64,000 nucleotides of DNA, from the IMG/VR virus record IMGVR_UViG_3300008262_000008; one strand, written 5' to 3'. Positions 27,550 to 36,994 of the stretch are shown here, piece after piece. A program made the translations under genes and the position numbers. The stretch comes from a virus. Below the pieces are notes generated by a model that made no database searches, was not told where the DNA came from, and saw nothing but the letters and a program-made list of their open reading frames with translations. Position 1 is the first letter of the stretch; each line of letters begins with the position of its first letter.

Positions 27550-27732
27550 TTATTCTGCTCGATCAAACTCTTCAATTTGATCTGCAGATACTTCATGTTC
27601 ACCAGCAACGAGATACCAATGGTGTCCTGCACGTTCTCCAAGATATTTCATTTGATCTTCTTGAAAATGATTTTCTCTCATTGCTGCTTGAATCTTCAAG
27701 TGAATTAATTCTTCATGTGTTGGTACTTTCAT
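27550..27732 (-). CDS. Conserved cyanophage hypothetical protein
   Basis: ORF track, 60 aa. Confidence 0.7.
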   Translation of the reverse strand: MKVPTHEELIHLKIQAAMRENHFQEDQMKYLGERAGHHWYLVAGEHEVSADQIEEFDRAE

Positions 27733-27962
27733 TCTGATAACCTCAATTTACGTTCGGGTGAAGGGATGTGTATAAGAAAGGGATCATCGTATGGATAGAT
27801 ATATTCATCATACCATCCATAACATAATGCTTCCCAAAACTCGGGTGTATTGTAACTATCCCAAGCATACATGAAGTTGTGATATCCTTCAAGGAAGTCT
27901 TCCCATTTTGTTTGTTTAACAAGTCTCATTGGAATAATATATTCTAAGGTTGTCACCACCAA
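27729..27962 (-). CDS. Hypothetical protein
   Basis: ORF track; the start may be downstream (MRLVKQ). Confidence 0.6.
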   Translation of the reverse strand: MVVTTLEYIIPMRLVKQTKWEDFLEGYHNFMYAWDSYNTPEFWEALCYGWYDEYIYPYDDPFLIHIPSPERKLRLSE

Positions 27963-28185
27963 TATTCATGTGGTAGATTTTGCCGTCGTTGGTGTAGATA
28001 CCAATCCACACATGACGACCTTCTTCCATAGTTTCGTAGTGAAACATTCTAATATCTTCCAGCACAATTTCGTCTGGGTTCTTTTCAAATCTACTCATTT
28101 TGTTCTCCACTCTTTTGTATTCTACACCCATAATGGTTGCAGTATCACCTTCTATAAGAACTTTTGATATGTCTATTTCAGTCAT
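27916..28185 (-). CDS. Hypothetical protein
   Basis: ORF track, 89 aa. Confidence 0.6.
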   Translation of the reverse strand: MTEIDISKVLIEGDTATIMGVEYKRVENKMSRFEKNPDEIVLEDIRMFHYETMEEGRHVWIGIYTNDGKIYHMNIGGDNLRIYYSNETC

Positions 28186-28528
28186 CTCTCAAACTATCCA
28201 ATACTTGAAGAAGAAAAGCAATAGAGTTAGCATACTCTCGTCCATCTTGACCGCCCATTACAATATAGGCAATCTCTTTCTCTGCTAGTTCGATACGTTC
28301 ATTCCGTGTGAGTTCTTGTAGTGTGGGGCGATACCAATTACCATCAGCATCTTGTTTGAATCCAGCAGCAAGTTTTTCTTTTTCTTCCCTCTCAATCTTC
28401 GCAAGTTGTTTTAGAGCATCACCATTCTCTTCATAGAGTTTATCAAGGGCATCTAATGCTTTACGCTCTGCTTCACGACGCTCTGCTTCTTCAAACATTT
28501 CGTCGGGATATGGTCCACTTTCAATCAT
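28178..28528 (-). CDS. Hypothetical protein
   Basis: ORF track, 116 aa. Confidence 0.65.
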   Translation of the reverse strand: MIESGPYPDEMFEEAERREAERKALDALDKLYEENGDALKQLAKIEREEKEKLAAGFKQDADGNWYRPTLQELTRNERIELAEKEIAYIVMGGQDGREYANSIAFLLQVLDSLRDD

Positions 28529-28764
28529 TTGTTCTTCTCACAATACAGGAAATACTTGTACTCTGCAACTTGGTGTGGTGCATATCTTACCACATCACAC
28601 TCTTTGTACTTATCAACCACTTCAAATGATGCCTCCAATGGTTTATCACCAGAAGCAAAGTGTGCTAGTACAATCAGAATAATGATGAATACAACAGAGG
28701 CACCAAGAAATACACTAACACCACGCAGAAACTCTTTGAGAGCATACTTATCTTCTTCAGTCAT
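28525..28764 (-). CDS. Small membrane protein
   Basis: TM segment followed by FEVVDKYKECDVVRY. Confidence 0.7.
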   Translation of the reverse strand: MTEEDKYALKEFLRGVSVFLGASVVFIIILIVLAHFASGDKPLEASFEVVDKYKECDVVRYAPHQVAEYKYFLYCEKNK

Positions 28765-28976
28765 TCGTCAATCTCCATGATTTCAATAACAGATTTGATC
28801 TTCTCTAGATCTTGCAGTCGTGCCTCAATTTCATCATACTGTTCGCAGAAGTCATCCATACGCTCTTGGTGTCCATCATCATCATAGTTTGTCTCCTCTC
28901 GGATCTCCCATTCTACATCAGACAGACGAGCACGAGTGTCATCGATGAAGTATTCTAGAGTGTCAATCAATCCCAT
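28761..28976 (-). CDS. Hypothetical acidic coiled-coil protein
   Basis: Likely start MGLIDTLEY at 28976. Confidence 0.65.
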   Translation of the reverse strand: MGLIDTLEYFIDDTRARLSDVEWEIREETNYDDDGHQERMDDFCEQYDEIEARLQDLEKIKSVIEIMEIDE

Positions 28977-29344
28977 GCTACATTTTGAACAAGAAACCCA
29001 GGCATCACATAAGTCCATGCGCCAGGATCATTCACACCACCAACTTTATATTCCCACTTATACTCAAACTTATTGTAACTATCCCAAGTCATATAACCTT
29101 TCTCTTTATCAAAGCGACCTTTGATAGTCAGAGCATGTTTGTTAGAATAAATGTTGCGAGTGCGAAGTGCTCCACCTTTTTCACGAGTTTCAATCACCAC
29201 ACATGTGTCAGGATAGGTTGCAAAACCTTGTTCCAACATACAAGGAGTTTCGTATCGAAATGGACGATAGAATGTTTGAGTTTCGGGTGTTGCATAAGCA
29301 GGAGAAATTAGCAACATAGAAGCAAACAAAAATTTTTTAAACAT
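28967..29344 (-). CDS. Secreted hypothetical protein
   Basis: Signal-peptide-like MFKKFLFASMLLISPAYA. Confidence 0.7.
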   Translation of the reverse strand: MFKKFLFASMLLISPAYATPETQTFYRPFRYETPCMLEQGFATYPDTCVVIETREKGGALRTRNIYSNKHALTIKGRFDKEKGYMTWDSYNKFEYKWEYKVGGVNDPGAWTYVMPGFLVQNVAWD

Positions 29345-29426
29345 TAATTGTTCTCCTCAAATCGTTGTGGACCTTGAATAAAATAATTGACAATAAGTGC
29401 CAAGATCATAAGTAGAAAATAAGTGA

Positions 29427-29741
29427 TCATCCAACTACCCTCCAACATACAGTAGCATTTCCCTTGCGCGTAGAAGCAATATGAGCAAAAGCAGCATAAG
29501 AGAGATCCAAATCAGCATGAGAATATGGACCACGATCATTCACCCTCACGATTACTTGTTTGAGATTGTCTTGATTTGTAACCCTAATCTTAGTTCCCAT
29601 AGGTAGGTAAGGATGAGCAGCAGTCCAACGGTAAGCATCAAATCGTTCTCCGTTTGCAGTAGTATTGCCGTGGAACCCATCACCCATTCCATAGAATGTT
29701 GCAATTCCACAAGTTAGTCCAGCAATCAAAGATTCAATCAT
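29427..29741 (-). CDS. rlpA: RlpA-like double-psi beta-barrel protein (septal ring lytic transglycosylase family)
   Basis: ATFYG...TANGERFD...TAAHPYLPMGTKIRVTN...VIVRVNDRGP...DLS..AF. Confidence 0.9.
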   Translation of the reverse strand: MIESLIAGLTCGIATFYGMGDGFHGNTTANGERFDAYRWTAAHPYLPMGTKIRVTNQDNLKQVIVRVNDRGPYSHADLDLSYAAFAHIASTRKGNATVCWRVVG

Positions 29742-29932
29742 TTGTTTTTCAGTAGATTGTGATAGTGTTTTACTTCAGGGTTGTCATAATCAGCGCATCG
29801 TGGATAGAATATACCTTCCACATAGCATGATTTCTCTGGTTCACGATACACAACTTTGGGAGGTGTGTCTCTCTCGCAGATTATAGTACCTCGGATACAT
29901 GATGTCAAGACCCAAAATGCTGCTTCAATCAT
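29738..29932 (-). CDS. Hypothetical Cys-containing protein
   Basis: Likely start MIEAAFW at 29932. Confidence 0.6.
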   Translation of the reverse strand: MIEAAFWVLTSCIRGTIICERDTPPKVVYREPEKSCYVEGIFYPRCADYDNPEVKHYHNLLKNK

Positions 29933-30107
29933 AAGGCACCTGCACATCTTTTTTCCATGTATCAGTATAGCACAACCACTTTTCTACCTGATGTGACATC
30001 TCAGCAGTCCAGTGTTGACCATTCTCATCAATCGCATCAAGATAATGAATACGAGTTTTAGGATCAATCGTGCGTGTGATGTGTGTGAATTTAACTCGTT
30101 CAATCAT
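29925..30107 (-). CDS. Hypothetical protein
   Basis: ORF track, 60 aa. Confidence 0.65.
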   Translation of the reverse strand: MIERVKFTHITRTIDPKTRIHYLDAIDENGQHWTAEMSHQVEKWLCYTDTWKKDVQVPYD

Positions 30108-30303
30108 TTACAAACTCCCATTTACTATTGAAGAATACTCGTGTCCAAAATCGTATCCAACGATTAGGAATAAGATTATTCTCTGTAAAATTAATACAAA
30201 ATTGTCCTCCACCAAAGAAATCACAGGTACAAATGTATTTTACTATTGGTTGAATGTTCATTTCACTTAAACGATCCCAATCAAAACGTTTATCGTAACT
30301 CAT
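30100..30303 (-). CDS. Hypothetical protein
   Basis: ORF track, 67 aa. Confidence 0.6.
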   Translation of the reverse strand: MSYDKRFDWDRLSEMNIQPIVKYICTCDFFGGGQFCINFTENNLIPNRWIRFWTRVFFNSKWEFVND

Positions 30304-30569
30304 CGCAGTTCCTCTTCTTCTTGTTCAATCTGGAAGATTGCGTTTAGAAAGTTCAAACCATACTTACCGACAACCCAGGCATCTTTATCCTCAAAGAACC
30401 TATCACCTATGGTTCTCATATCGTATCCTTCTTTGCCTTTATCAAAGAAAGCAATAACATAACAAGTTGGGTCCTTGAAGAAACTATCCTCTGTTGGAGT
30501 ATTCCACTTGACGAGTTCATACTTGTTGTTGCATTTACTCCAACGGAACTCAACATCACGAAATCTCAT
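30300..30569 (-). CDS. Hypothetical protein
   Basis: ORF track, 89 aa; 4-nt overlaps. Confidence 0.7.
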   Translation of the reverse strand: MRFRDVEFRWSKCNNKYELVKWNTPTEDSFFKDPTCYVIAFFDKGKEGYDMRTIGDRFFEDKDAWVVGKYGLNFLNAIFQIEQEEEELR

Positions 30570-30748
30570 GAATAATCCTCTTCATCAAAGGTAAAGTATT
30601 CGTAGATTGAAGACATCACAGCATCTTCAATATCCTCAATAATAGCACCTTCAGTAGGATTCTCTACATGTTTGTGTGCCCGTGCATAACCACGACGCAC
30701 ACCTTCTTCGATTGCTTGTTCTAAAATAACTCGGAACTTAGGTTTCAT
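30566..30748 (-). CDS. Hypothetical protein
   Basis: ORF track, 60 aa; 4-nt overlaps. Confidence 0.7.
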   Translation of the reverse strand: MKPKFRVILEQAIEEGVRRGYARAHKHVENPTEGAIIEDIEDAVMSSIYEYFTFDEEDYS

Positions 30749-30960
30749 TCAATCACCTCCCAGTGAGAATCAGATTTGTCACCAAAACGATTAGTGCCAG
30801 TGCGGGTACTTACCCAGAAAAAGTATTTACGGTTTTCTGATGCTAAGAATAACTCACCACCAGTATCCTGCTCTACAATACAAACAGGATTTCCTTCCAT
30901 GATGTTAGCAAAACGGTTCTTTGCCTTGCTAGATTTAGGTTTTACAATAACCTTTCTCAT
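30745..30960 (-). CDS. Hypothetical protein
   Basis: ORF track, 71 aa; follows the promoter at 31007. Confidence 0.7.
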   Translation of the reverse strand: MRKVIVKPKSSKAKNRFANIMEGNPVCIVEQDTGGELFLASENRKYFFWVSTRTGTNRFGDKSDSHWEVIE

Positions 30961-31006
30961 GCTTTTAGATGCTTGATCAGTTCAGGGAAGTTTGCTTTAC
31001 CATGTA

Positions 31007-31036
31007 ATAATACCCCGCCTACCACGCACATGTCAA
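31007..31036 (-). promoter_or_regulatory. Sigma70-type promoter
   Basis: TTGACA (31031-31036), 18 bp, TATTAT (31007-31012); degenerate dyads upstream at 31047-31063 and 31069-31085. Confidence 0.6.
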
Positions 31037-31093
31037 GTAGGAAGAGTATTAGTAAAAATAATGTCAGGTATAACTTATCCTTATCAGACGGGT

Positions 31094-31381
31094 TCATGAT
31101 GTAGTTCTATAATCACCAGATTTGTAACGACGATATGATGCTAGATTGCGTGGTTCAAAATCAAAGAAATCACAACGAATTTCAAACCATTTCCATCTAA
31201 ATGAGAACCCAACATCACGGGGTCCAATACCAACAATTAGAAATGGAATCCAACTAGGATCAGGATATTGATCCCATTGAACTACTAAATCAACGAGAGC
31301 AAATCTAGGATAACATGAGAGGACTTGGAAGTACCATTCATGTCCATAATCTTCATAGTGACAGTAATCAAGGAGTTTCAC
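31094..31381 (-). CDS. Hypothetical protein
   Basis: ORF track, 95 aa. Confidence 0.65.
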   Translation of the reverse strand: MKLLDYCHYEDYGHEWYFQVLSCYPRFALVDLVVQWDQYPDPSWIPFLIVGIGPRDVGFSFRWKWFEIRCDFFDFEPRNLASYRRYKSGDYRTTS

Positions 31382-31581
31382 AGGTTTTCTATCTCTTTGG
31401 ATAACGTCATCATATCACCCTTGTCCAGCACTGTCAAGTTATTCATCTTCTGTGCTGTCATGGTTCTCACATGTTCCATAGTTTTACGAATGATAGCAGC
31501 AACAAGTTTGTTCTCAGTATCTGCCCAAGTATTACGTTCATTCCATATTTCAGTCATTAACTGTTGCGCTCTGTCACTCAC
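31378..31581 (-). CDS. Hypothetical protein
   Basis: ORF track, 67 aa. Confidence 0.7.
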   Translation of the reverse strand: MSDRAQQLMTEIWNERNTWADTENKLVAAIIRKTMEHVRTMTAQKMNNLTVLDKGDMMTLSKEIENL

Positions 31582-31789
31582 GATTTACTACCTCAAAACA
31601 TACTGAATTAAATTTTCCTTTGATCCCTCTAAGTTCTATCTTAGTATGTTGAGAATGTACATACACATGCTCAACATAATATCGATCACCTATGAATAAT
31701 AAACCGTTAGGGTCATCATTATTACCCCATCGTATCTGTTCTATAGAACATCCTAGAAACTTTACTGTATCTCCTACTTTAATATTCAT
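31574..31789 (-). CDS. Hypothetical protein (SH3/KOW-like start IKVGDTVKF)
   Basis: ORF track, 71 aa. Confidence 0.7.
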   Translation of the reverse strand: MNIKVGDTVKFLGCSIEQIRWGNNDDPNGLLFIGDRYYVEHVYVHSQHTKIELRGIKGKFNSVCFEVVNRE

Positions 31790-31936
31790 ATGATCCCCAT
31801 ATACTTAAGATAGCGTCTGTATGCAGCATATCGTCCTAAACTAGGTTGATCTTTAACTCCTAATTGATGACATATTTCACAATACATTAACCATTCATAC
31901 CATGGAGTAGTGGGATCTAATACATGATAAGGATAA

Positions 31937-32146
31937 TCAGAGTTTTCCACCTACAATTCCCTCATGTTTGATAGTATTAGTATCATCCCAACCATCTTGC
32001 AATCCTTTCAGATAAAATCGTGTACCAGAGATACATTGATCTTCTGTCATTGCAGTGATCAATGGTTTCCCATCTTTATCAAATGAATGCCAGAGACCAT
32101 ATTTAGTTTCTTCACAGTAGAAAGCATTATCAATTAAATCTTTCAT
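31937..32146 (-). CDS. Conserved cyanophage hypothetical protein
   Basis: ORF track, 69 aa. Confidence 0.7.
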   Translation of the reverse strand: MKDLIDNAFYCEETKYGLWHSFDKDGKPLITAMTEDQCISGTRFYLKGLQDGWDDTNTIKHEGIVGGKL

Positions 32147-32216
32147 TTTTTAAATGGTTTCTTTACAGTGTATGTATGGTAATTACCAAAGATTTTAACA
32201 GTTTTTGTCATAATTT

Positions 32217-32744
32217 TTAAATCCATTCAGGTTTTCGTTCTGGCATACGAAGATAATTAGATGCAGCCCAAGGTTTGCTGCTAACGTACATCTTGTAAGC
32301 AGTAAAAGTGTCAATGCTTGTGTCAAGTTTAAACTCATCTGGCATTGCTCGTACAAAATTGTCTGCCATACCATAGCATGTTACTGCTTTTCCTGTTTTT
32401 CTATGAAACAGTTTCTTTGCCTCAAACAAAGACTTTCTACAGGCATGTTGTTTACCATATCGATGAGTGTATTCTGTGCAAAGTGCAAGACCATGCACAA
32501 TTAACCAGGCAGTATTATAGATATTCTTTGCTGCCCATTGTGTACAGGGATGATTACGAAATGCACCTTTCTCAGTGCTATAATCACATCCATCTTGTTT
32601 AGGTACAGTTCCCCAATCATAATACCATTTAGAATATACAATCGAAAGCATTTGACAACTTTCTAGAGGCATTTTAACTACATGTTTGTCAGGTAGACAA
32701 CGTGCTGAGGCATGAGGATTGGGATCTGTAACAAAGATGTTCAT
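32217..32744 (-). CDS. Pyrimidine dimer DNA glycosylase / endonuclease V family protein
   Basis: MNIFVTDPNP...DKHVVKMPLESCQML...NHPCTQWA...LCTEYTHRYGKQH signature. Confidence 0.8.
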   Translation of the reverse strand: MNIFVTDPNPHASARCLPDKHVVKMPLESCQMLSIVYSKWYYDWGTVPKQDGCDYSTEKGAFRNHPCTQWAAKNIYNTAWLIVHGLALCTEYTHRYGKQHACRKSLFEAKKLFHRKTGKAVTCYGMADNFVRAMPDEFKLDTSIDTFTAYKMYVSSKPWAASNYLRMPERKPEWI

Positions 32745-32747
32745 TGT

Positions 32748-33071
32748 TTATTCAAACTCTCCTGTTGAGTTGTTAACTGTTGCTGTGTGATATACGCCCT
32801 CAATTCTGGCGTCTCCTCCCACTCCCATACTGTACCGTCCTTTTGAGTGTAGGACTTCTGAATAAGTTGAATTTTCATAAATCTCAATGTTAATAGTTTG
32901 TTCGTCGTTCCAATGTCTAATCACGCCTGCCACAATAAAACAGTTAGTGACAAGATATGTAGTAAAGATGAAAGTACGGATGATGGCAACTTTATCTGCT
33001 TCATGATCTTTGTTGCTTGCTTTTTGCCCTAGTGCTTTTGCCCACCAGCGCCAGATCATTCGTTTTTTCAT
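32748..33071 (-). CDS. Membrane hypothetical protein
   Basis: IWRWWAKALG...ADKVAIIRT...VAGVIRHW. Confidence 0.7.
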   Translation of the reverse strand: MKKRMIWRWWAKALGQKASNKDHEADKVAIIRTFIFTTYLVTNCFIVAGVIRHWNDEQTINIEIYENSTYSEVLHSKGRYSMGVGGDARIEGVYHTATVNNSTGEFE

Positions 33072-33530
33072 AGTTGTTTTAAGTATTCGTGATATAGTTT
33101 GATATATTTTTGATATAGTAATTCTAGATACTGTGCATCTTCAGTTTGATTGAGTTCTAACATACGATCTCTAGCATCCTGCAGAAGATCACAAATTCGC
33201 ATAACTCTTAGGTGTTTCATTAAGTAGGTTGTTCTCTTGTCTGAGTATAGGCAAGGTCGAACAACTCGTCAAGAATATGTGAGCATTCCCAATAATCTTG
33301 ACTATCAAGCAATGTTTTCTCAAATTGATACCGACGTACAGCAGAATAAACAGTCTGCCACTGACGATCAGTTAGATTCGGAATAGTCTGGTTCATGATA
33401 CTTTAGATACTCACGGAAGGTCATTTTGATTTCTTTGATTGTCATGCCACAGTGTTTTGCTGCAGCAGGAAGATTCATAGTAGCACGAAAAAGTGCCTCA
33501 TGTGCTTCTCTCACATTTTCGGGTGTGGTC

Positions 33531-33725
33531 TTATTTGTCATAATTCATACTTTCAAACTTATCCATCAGACCATCAAACGTTTGAATTTGTTCAATGCGA
33601 CAGATAGATTCAGAGATTGCATTGCAAACTACAGGACGTTCGTTTCGTGCTGCAAATGCAAGTGCATTACGCAAAGATGCTTGTGCTTCTTTCAGACTGT
33701 CTTCAACTTGTTGAGATAGTGCCAT
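33531..33725 (-). CDS. Conserved cyanophage hypothetical protein
   Basis: ORF track, 64 aa (MALSQQVEDSLKEAQASLRNALAFAAR). Confidence 0.75.
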   Translation of the reverse strand: MALSQQVEDSLKEAQASLRNALAFAARNERPVVCNAISESICRIEQIQTFDGLMDKFESMNYDK

Positions 33726-33910
33726 TAGTCAGATGCTCTCCATTGTCTAAGTTTGCATTGTTGTGATTGATATTCTTCCACCATCTCCAGAATACGATGA
33801 GCAGTGCATTTTGTCAACTGATCATCCCAACTCTCACCGTTACATCCGTCTACCCACACATTATATAATTCTGTGCAGATACTATCAATTAGTACATCAT
33901 ACTTCGTCAT
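33725..33910 (-). CDS. Hypothetical protein
   Basis: ORF track, 61 aa. Confidence 0.6.
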   Translation of the reverse strand: MTKYDVLIDSICTELYNVWVDGCNGESWDDQLTKCTAHRILEMVEEYQSQQCKLRQWRASD

Positions 33911-34154
33911 CAGTCAACACCTTTTTAAGTAGTTCTGTTACAGGTTTATTACGATCATATCCACGAATACTTCCTCGTTTAATAACAGGAGATCCTGCAA
34001 TAGGTTCTGGTTCATAGATCTCATAATCGTAGTTATGTTTTGCTGCAAATCCCTTACCAGTAGTATTCCAGATACGAATTTCAGCAAGTTGTTTACCACC
34101 AATCGTCATACCGAATGGTTCAAGTTCAATTTTTACACGAAGCATAGGTCTCAA
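33897..34154 (-). CDS. Hypothetical protein
   Basis: ORF track, 85 aa; follows the promoter at 34167. Confidence 0.7.
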   Translation of the reverse strand: MRPMLRVKIELEPFGMTIGGKQLAEIRIWNTTGKGFAAKHNYDYEIYEPEPIAGSPVIKRGSIRGYDRNKPVTELLKKVLTDDEV

Positions 34155-34166
34155 GCGGTGAAGGAT

Positions 34167-34195
34167 AGTGTAGGATAATTAAAGCAGGGTGTCAA
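34167..34195 (-). promoter_or_regulatory. Sigma70-type promoter overlapping the 3' end of dam
   Basis: TTGACA (34190-34195), 17 bp, TACACT (34167-34172). Confidence 0.65.
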
Positions 34196-35000
34196 GAGGT
34201 GACACATCATAATTAGTAATGTATAGATGACTTACCTTGTTGCCAGAATTATCTCTACCAACAAAGTTCTGAGAATATTTGAAGTCCTTCGTAATCACGT
34301 TGTAATCGGCGTAAGCATCACGGTAGAACTCATTATCGCAATGGACTACCATCCACTTCGCAGAAGTTGTCTGAAGGCATCCTAGAAGGTCCTGGTGAAG
34401 ATTTAATCCACCATCTCCCTCAGTATAACCCAAACGATCTAGATATGGTGGATCAACGAATACAAAATCATTCTCTGTCAATCCATCAAATACTTTCTCA
34501 AAACTACCATGATCAATGTCACACTTGTGCAGAAACTTATGATGCTGTAGTGATAGATTGCAACTGAGTTTTTTATAATGCCCAAATGGCACATTAAACT
34601 CACCTTTAGAGTTATATCTCTCCATACCAGAGAAACACAGTTGCCTTACAATAATATAAGCAATTGCTCGACTATCAAGATCAGTTGTATGTGACCATGG
34701 TTGATTAATGATCTCTCTAGATTTGTAATACAATTTCTCTAGATCATCATGTTCTAGCAGTTTATACTGATCGATCCATGCTTGTACATCAGGATATAGA
34801 ACTGGACTACCAATAACACGATACAAATTAATGACATCACGGTTAATATCATTAAGATGTGCCATAGTTTCTAGACCAAAACTAACTGCAGCACCACCAC
34901 AGAAAGGTTCAATAATCTTAGAATAAGTCTTTGGCAGAATAGTTTGAATGAAGGGCAGTTCTTTGCTTTTGCCACCCTGATATTTAATAATTGGTTTCAT
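34179..35000 (-). CDS. dam: DNA adenine methyltransferase (Dam/D12 class)
   Basis: KPIIKYQGGKS, EPFCGGAAV (SAM-binding), YNSKGEFNVPFG and DPPY catalytic motif. Confidence 0.92.
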   Translation of the reverse strand: MKPIIKYQGGKSKELPFIQTILPKTYSKIIEPFCGGAAVSFGLETMAHLNDINRDVINLYRVIGSPVLYPDVQAWIDQYKLLEHDDLEKLYYKSREIINQPWSHTTDLDSRAIAYIIVRQLCFSGMERYNSKGEFNVPFGHYKKLSCNLSLQHHKFLHKCDIDHGSFEKVFDGLTENDFVFVDPPYLDRLGYTEGDGGLNLHQDLLGCLQTTSAKWMVVHCDNEFYRDAYADYNVITKDFKYSQNFVGRDNSGNKVSHLYITNYDVSPLDTLL

Positions 35001-35332
35001 ACTGTGAGAAGTCTAAATGCGAGATAAATTGCACCACATGCTAGAAGAATAGGCCAAGCAGTGATAGCGATGTAGATGACAAATAATACCACACAAAAGG
35101 CAAGAAATCCCATGATGGCATCACCATCTCCATCGCGTACTAGACCAGTATTAGAAGAAGATTTAGCATACATATCTCCTTCATAACGAGAACCTTTAGG
35201 GAAACAATTAATTACATCTCCAGGATTAAGTTGCTGAGCAAGAGCAAGAGCATCCTGATGATTAATTGCTTCTACTTCAGTCCATCGCAACTGTCCTGAA
35301 GGTGTTTTGATTAAGCAGCGCCAAGTGGTCAT
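34997..35332 (-). CDS. Hypothetical membrane protein
   Basis: ORF track; C-terminal TM hairpin. Confidence 0.7.
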   Translation of the reverse strand: MTTWRCLIKTPSGQLRWTEVEAINHQDALALAQQLNPGDVINCFPKGSRYEGDMYAKSSSNTGLVRDGDGDAIMGFLAFCVVLFVIYIAITAWPILLACGAIYLAFRLLTV

Positions 35333-35354
35333 TTGTTTTTTCCTTACATGAAAA

Positions 35355-35410
35355 ATTGTACATCAAAAAAGGGGGCGTGTCAACCCCCTGATCAATAAGT
35401 AATACTTATA
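35355..35410 (-). promoter_or_regulatory. Sigma70-type promoter / terminator hairpin with variant dyad
   Basis: TTGACA (35378-35383), 17 bp, TACAAT (35355-35360); -35 inside AGGGGG-TTGACACG-CCCCCT-TTTTT; ATAAG-N5-CTTAT at 35395-35409. Confidence 0.8.
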
Positions 35411-35415
35411 GGTTA

Positions 35416-35856
35416 TTAGCAGTCATATTCTTTTACCTCATCGAGTTGATGTTCTAACTCCATGCGTTCTTCGGTTACTTGTTTAAGAGAAGAAACTACA
35501 CTACGATAATTTGATTGACATTGATCGTAAAGATCTTGGAGTTTATTATACTCATCAATAGCAGCACGATAATTCTTGTAGATCTGCTCTTTATCATTCT
35601 CAGTGTAAGCAGGATCATCAGAATAGAGAGCATCATGCTTCATATCTTGAATGTTTTCTTTACTGGATCGTACTATCTCATTCCATGCCTCTGTAAATGT
35701 TCGATCTTGAACATCAACATAATGCTCTAGCAGTGTCAATGCTGCATCAATCAATTTAGGTTCATAGTTACTATCTCGCAAAATATCACGAACAGTGAGA
35801 TAACTGGTGATAGTTTCACTCAAATCATTCATTACTTTCCAATAAGGACTGGTCAT
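35416..35856 (-). CDS. Hypothetical coiled-coil protein
   Basis: ORF track, 146 aa. Confidence 0.7.
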   Translation of the reverse strand: MTSPYWKVMNDLSETITSYLTVRDILRDSNYEPKLIDAALTLLEHYVDVQDRTFTEAWNEIVRSSKENIQDMKHDALYSDDPAYTENDKEQIYKNYRAAIDEYNKLQDLYDQCQSNYRSVVSSLKQVTEERMELEHQLDEVKEYDC

Positions 35857-36016
35857 AATCTTTTAAGAAGTTTTCTAATGCCATTTCAACCATAGCACCA
35901 ATTTCCTCCTCTGTCAAGCCATTTAAATGACTATACTTAACATCATTTGGATCCCAAGATAGTGTAAATGTTCCATCTGTATTTTCAGTTACTTCTAAAC
36001 TATCATCAGAGTTCAT
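35825..36016 (-). CDS. Hypothetical protein
   Basis: ORF track, 63 aa. Confidence 0.65.
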   Translation of the reverse strand: MNSDDSLEVTENTDGTFTLSWDPNDVKYSHLNGLTEEEIGAMVEMALENFLKDYDQSLLESNE

Positions 36017-36203
36017 CAGAAATTACCTCCCCTTCATCTTTAATATCGTAGAGTTTTACAAATAATTTTTGAACTTCATTATTCATTTGTTCCATAGTTT
36101 CACTTTTAGAAGTCTTGAGAATTTCCTCAAATGACTGTTGTGCTCCGTTTAAACAAATTAAAAGAACTGTAAGTTCTTCATTGCTGAGATTTACTGTTTT
36201 CAT
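36006..36203 (-). CDS. Hypothetical protein
   Basis: ORF track, 65 aa. Confidence 0.6.
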   Translation of the reverse strand: MKTVNLSNEELTVLLICLNGAQQSFEEILKTSKSETMEQMNNEVQKLFVKLYDIKDEGEVISDEL

Positions 36204-36387
36204 TTTTACTTCCCGAATTTATAATAATTTGATCATCCAATCCATCATTAAATGATTTAACTAGATAATCTTTGATTAATCCCTCATCCATGCCCTCTAG
36301 CATGTTATTAATTTGTGTTTTAACATCTTTAAATGTTTTAACTACTAAATTGTCCCCATCTTTCATGATAAGTTCCTCCAAGATCAA
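36178..36387 (-). CDS. Hypothetical protein
   Basis: ORF track; start uncertain. Confidence 0.45.
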   Translation of the reverse strand: MILEELIMKDGDNLVVKTFKDVKTQINNMLEGMDEGLIKDYLVKSFNDGLDDQIIINSGSKNENSKSQQ

Positions 36388-36994
36388 AATTAACTGTGGT
36401 TCTTATTCCTTCCCCTTGAGGAAGAGTACCATGAATTAACCAACTCGGAAAAATTATAATCATGCCTTTTTCTGGGAGAACATGTAATAGTCTTTTCTGA
36501 GGGTGATATAAATGACTGTAATTATCAGAGTGCATTACAAAGTATATTGGTCCTCGATTATCACTCGCACCTACAGTGTCCATTAGTGGAGATGGACCAT
36601 CTGGCACCTCTGTATATATTACACAAGAAACATAATCTCTGCCATGTTCATGAGGGGTATGATAAGAACCTTTATTTCCTGTCACCGTCCATCCAGAAAT
36701 TATATTTAGTTTACTCCATTCAAATGGCAATAAACCATGATAAACTAATCGTCTTTGTATAATATCTTCATATGTTTCTTTTACAGTATTCCAATTTTTA
36801 GGTAGTTTAGGAATATAATCAGGACTCCATCCAGCAGGTGTAAAATATCTTTGAAATGATCCTCCACTTGCTGTAGTATAATCACTGTAATCTCTTGGAT
36901 CTGCTTCTGAAACTATTTCTTCTAAATCTGAAACATTATCTAACTTGTCAATAATAATCCAATTATTACCACAAGTAATCAATTCACCACTCAT
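36338..36994 (-). CDS. Putative 2OG-Fe(II) oxygenase
   Basis: HTPHEH...SCVIY...GMIIIFPSWLIHG...RTTVNFD pattern of phage 2OG-Fe(II) oxygenases. Confidence 0.8.
   Translation of the reverse strand: MSGELITCGNNWIIIDKLDNVSDLEEIVSEADPRDYSDYTTASGGSFQRYFTPAGWSPDYIPKLPKNWNTVKETYEDIIQRRLVYHGLLPFEWSKLNIISGWTVTGNKGSYHTPHEHGRDYVSCVIYTEVPDGPSPLMDTVGASDNRGPIYFVMHSDNYSHLYHPQKRLLHVLPEKGMIIIFPSWLIHGTLPQGEGIRTTVNFDLGGTYHERWGQFSS

Noticed and set aside
23410-35000. Helicase plus Dam as a type III restriction-modification operon
   Set aside because: The genes are about 10 kb apart, the methylase is Dam/D12-class rather than Mod-like, and the helicase has no C-terminal nuclease motif
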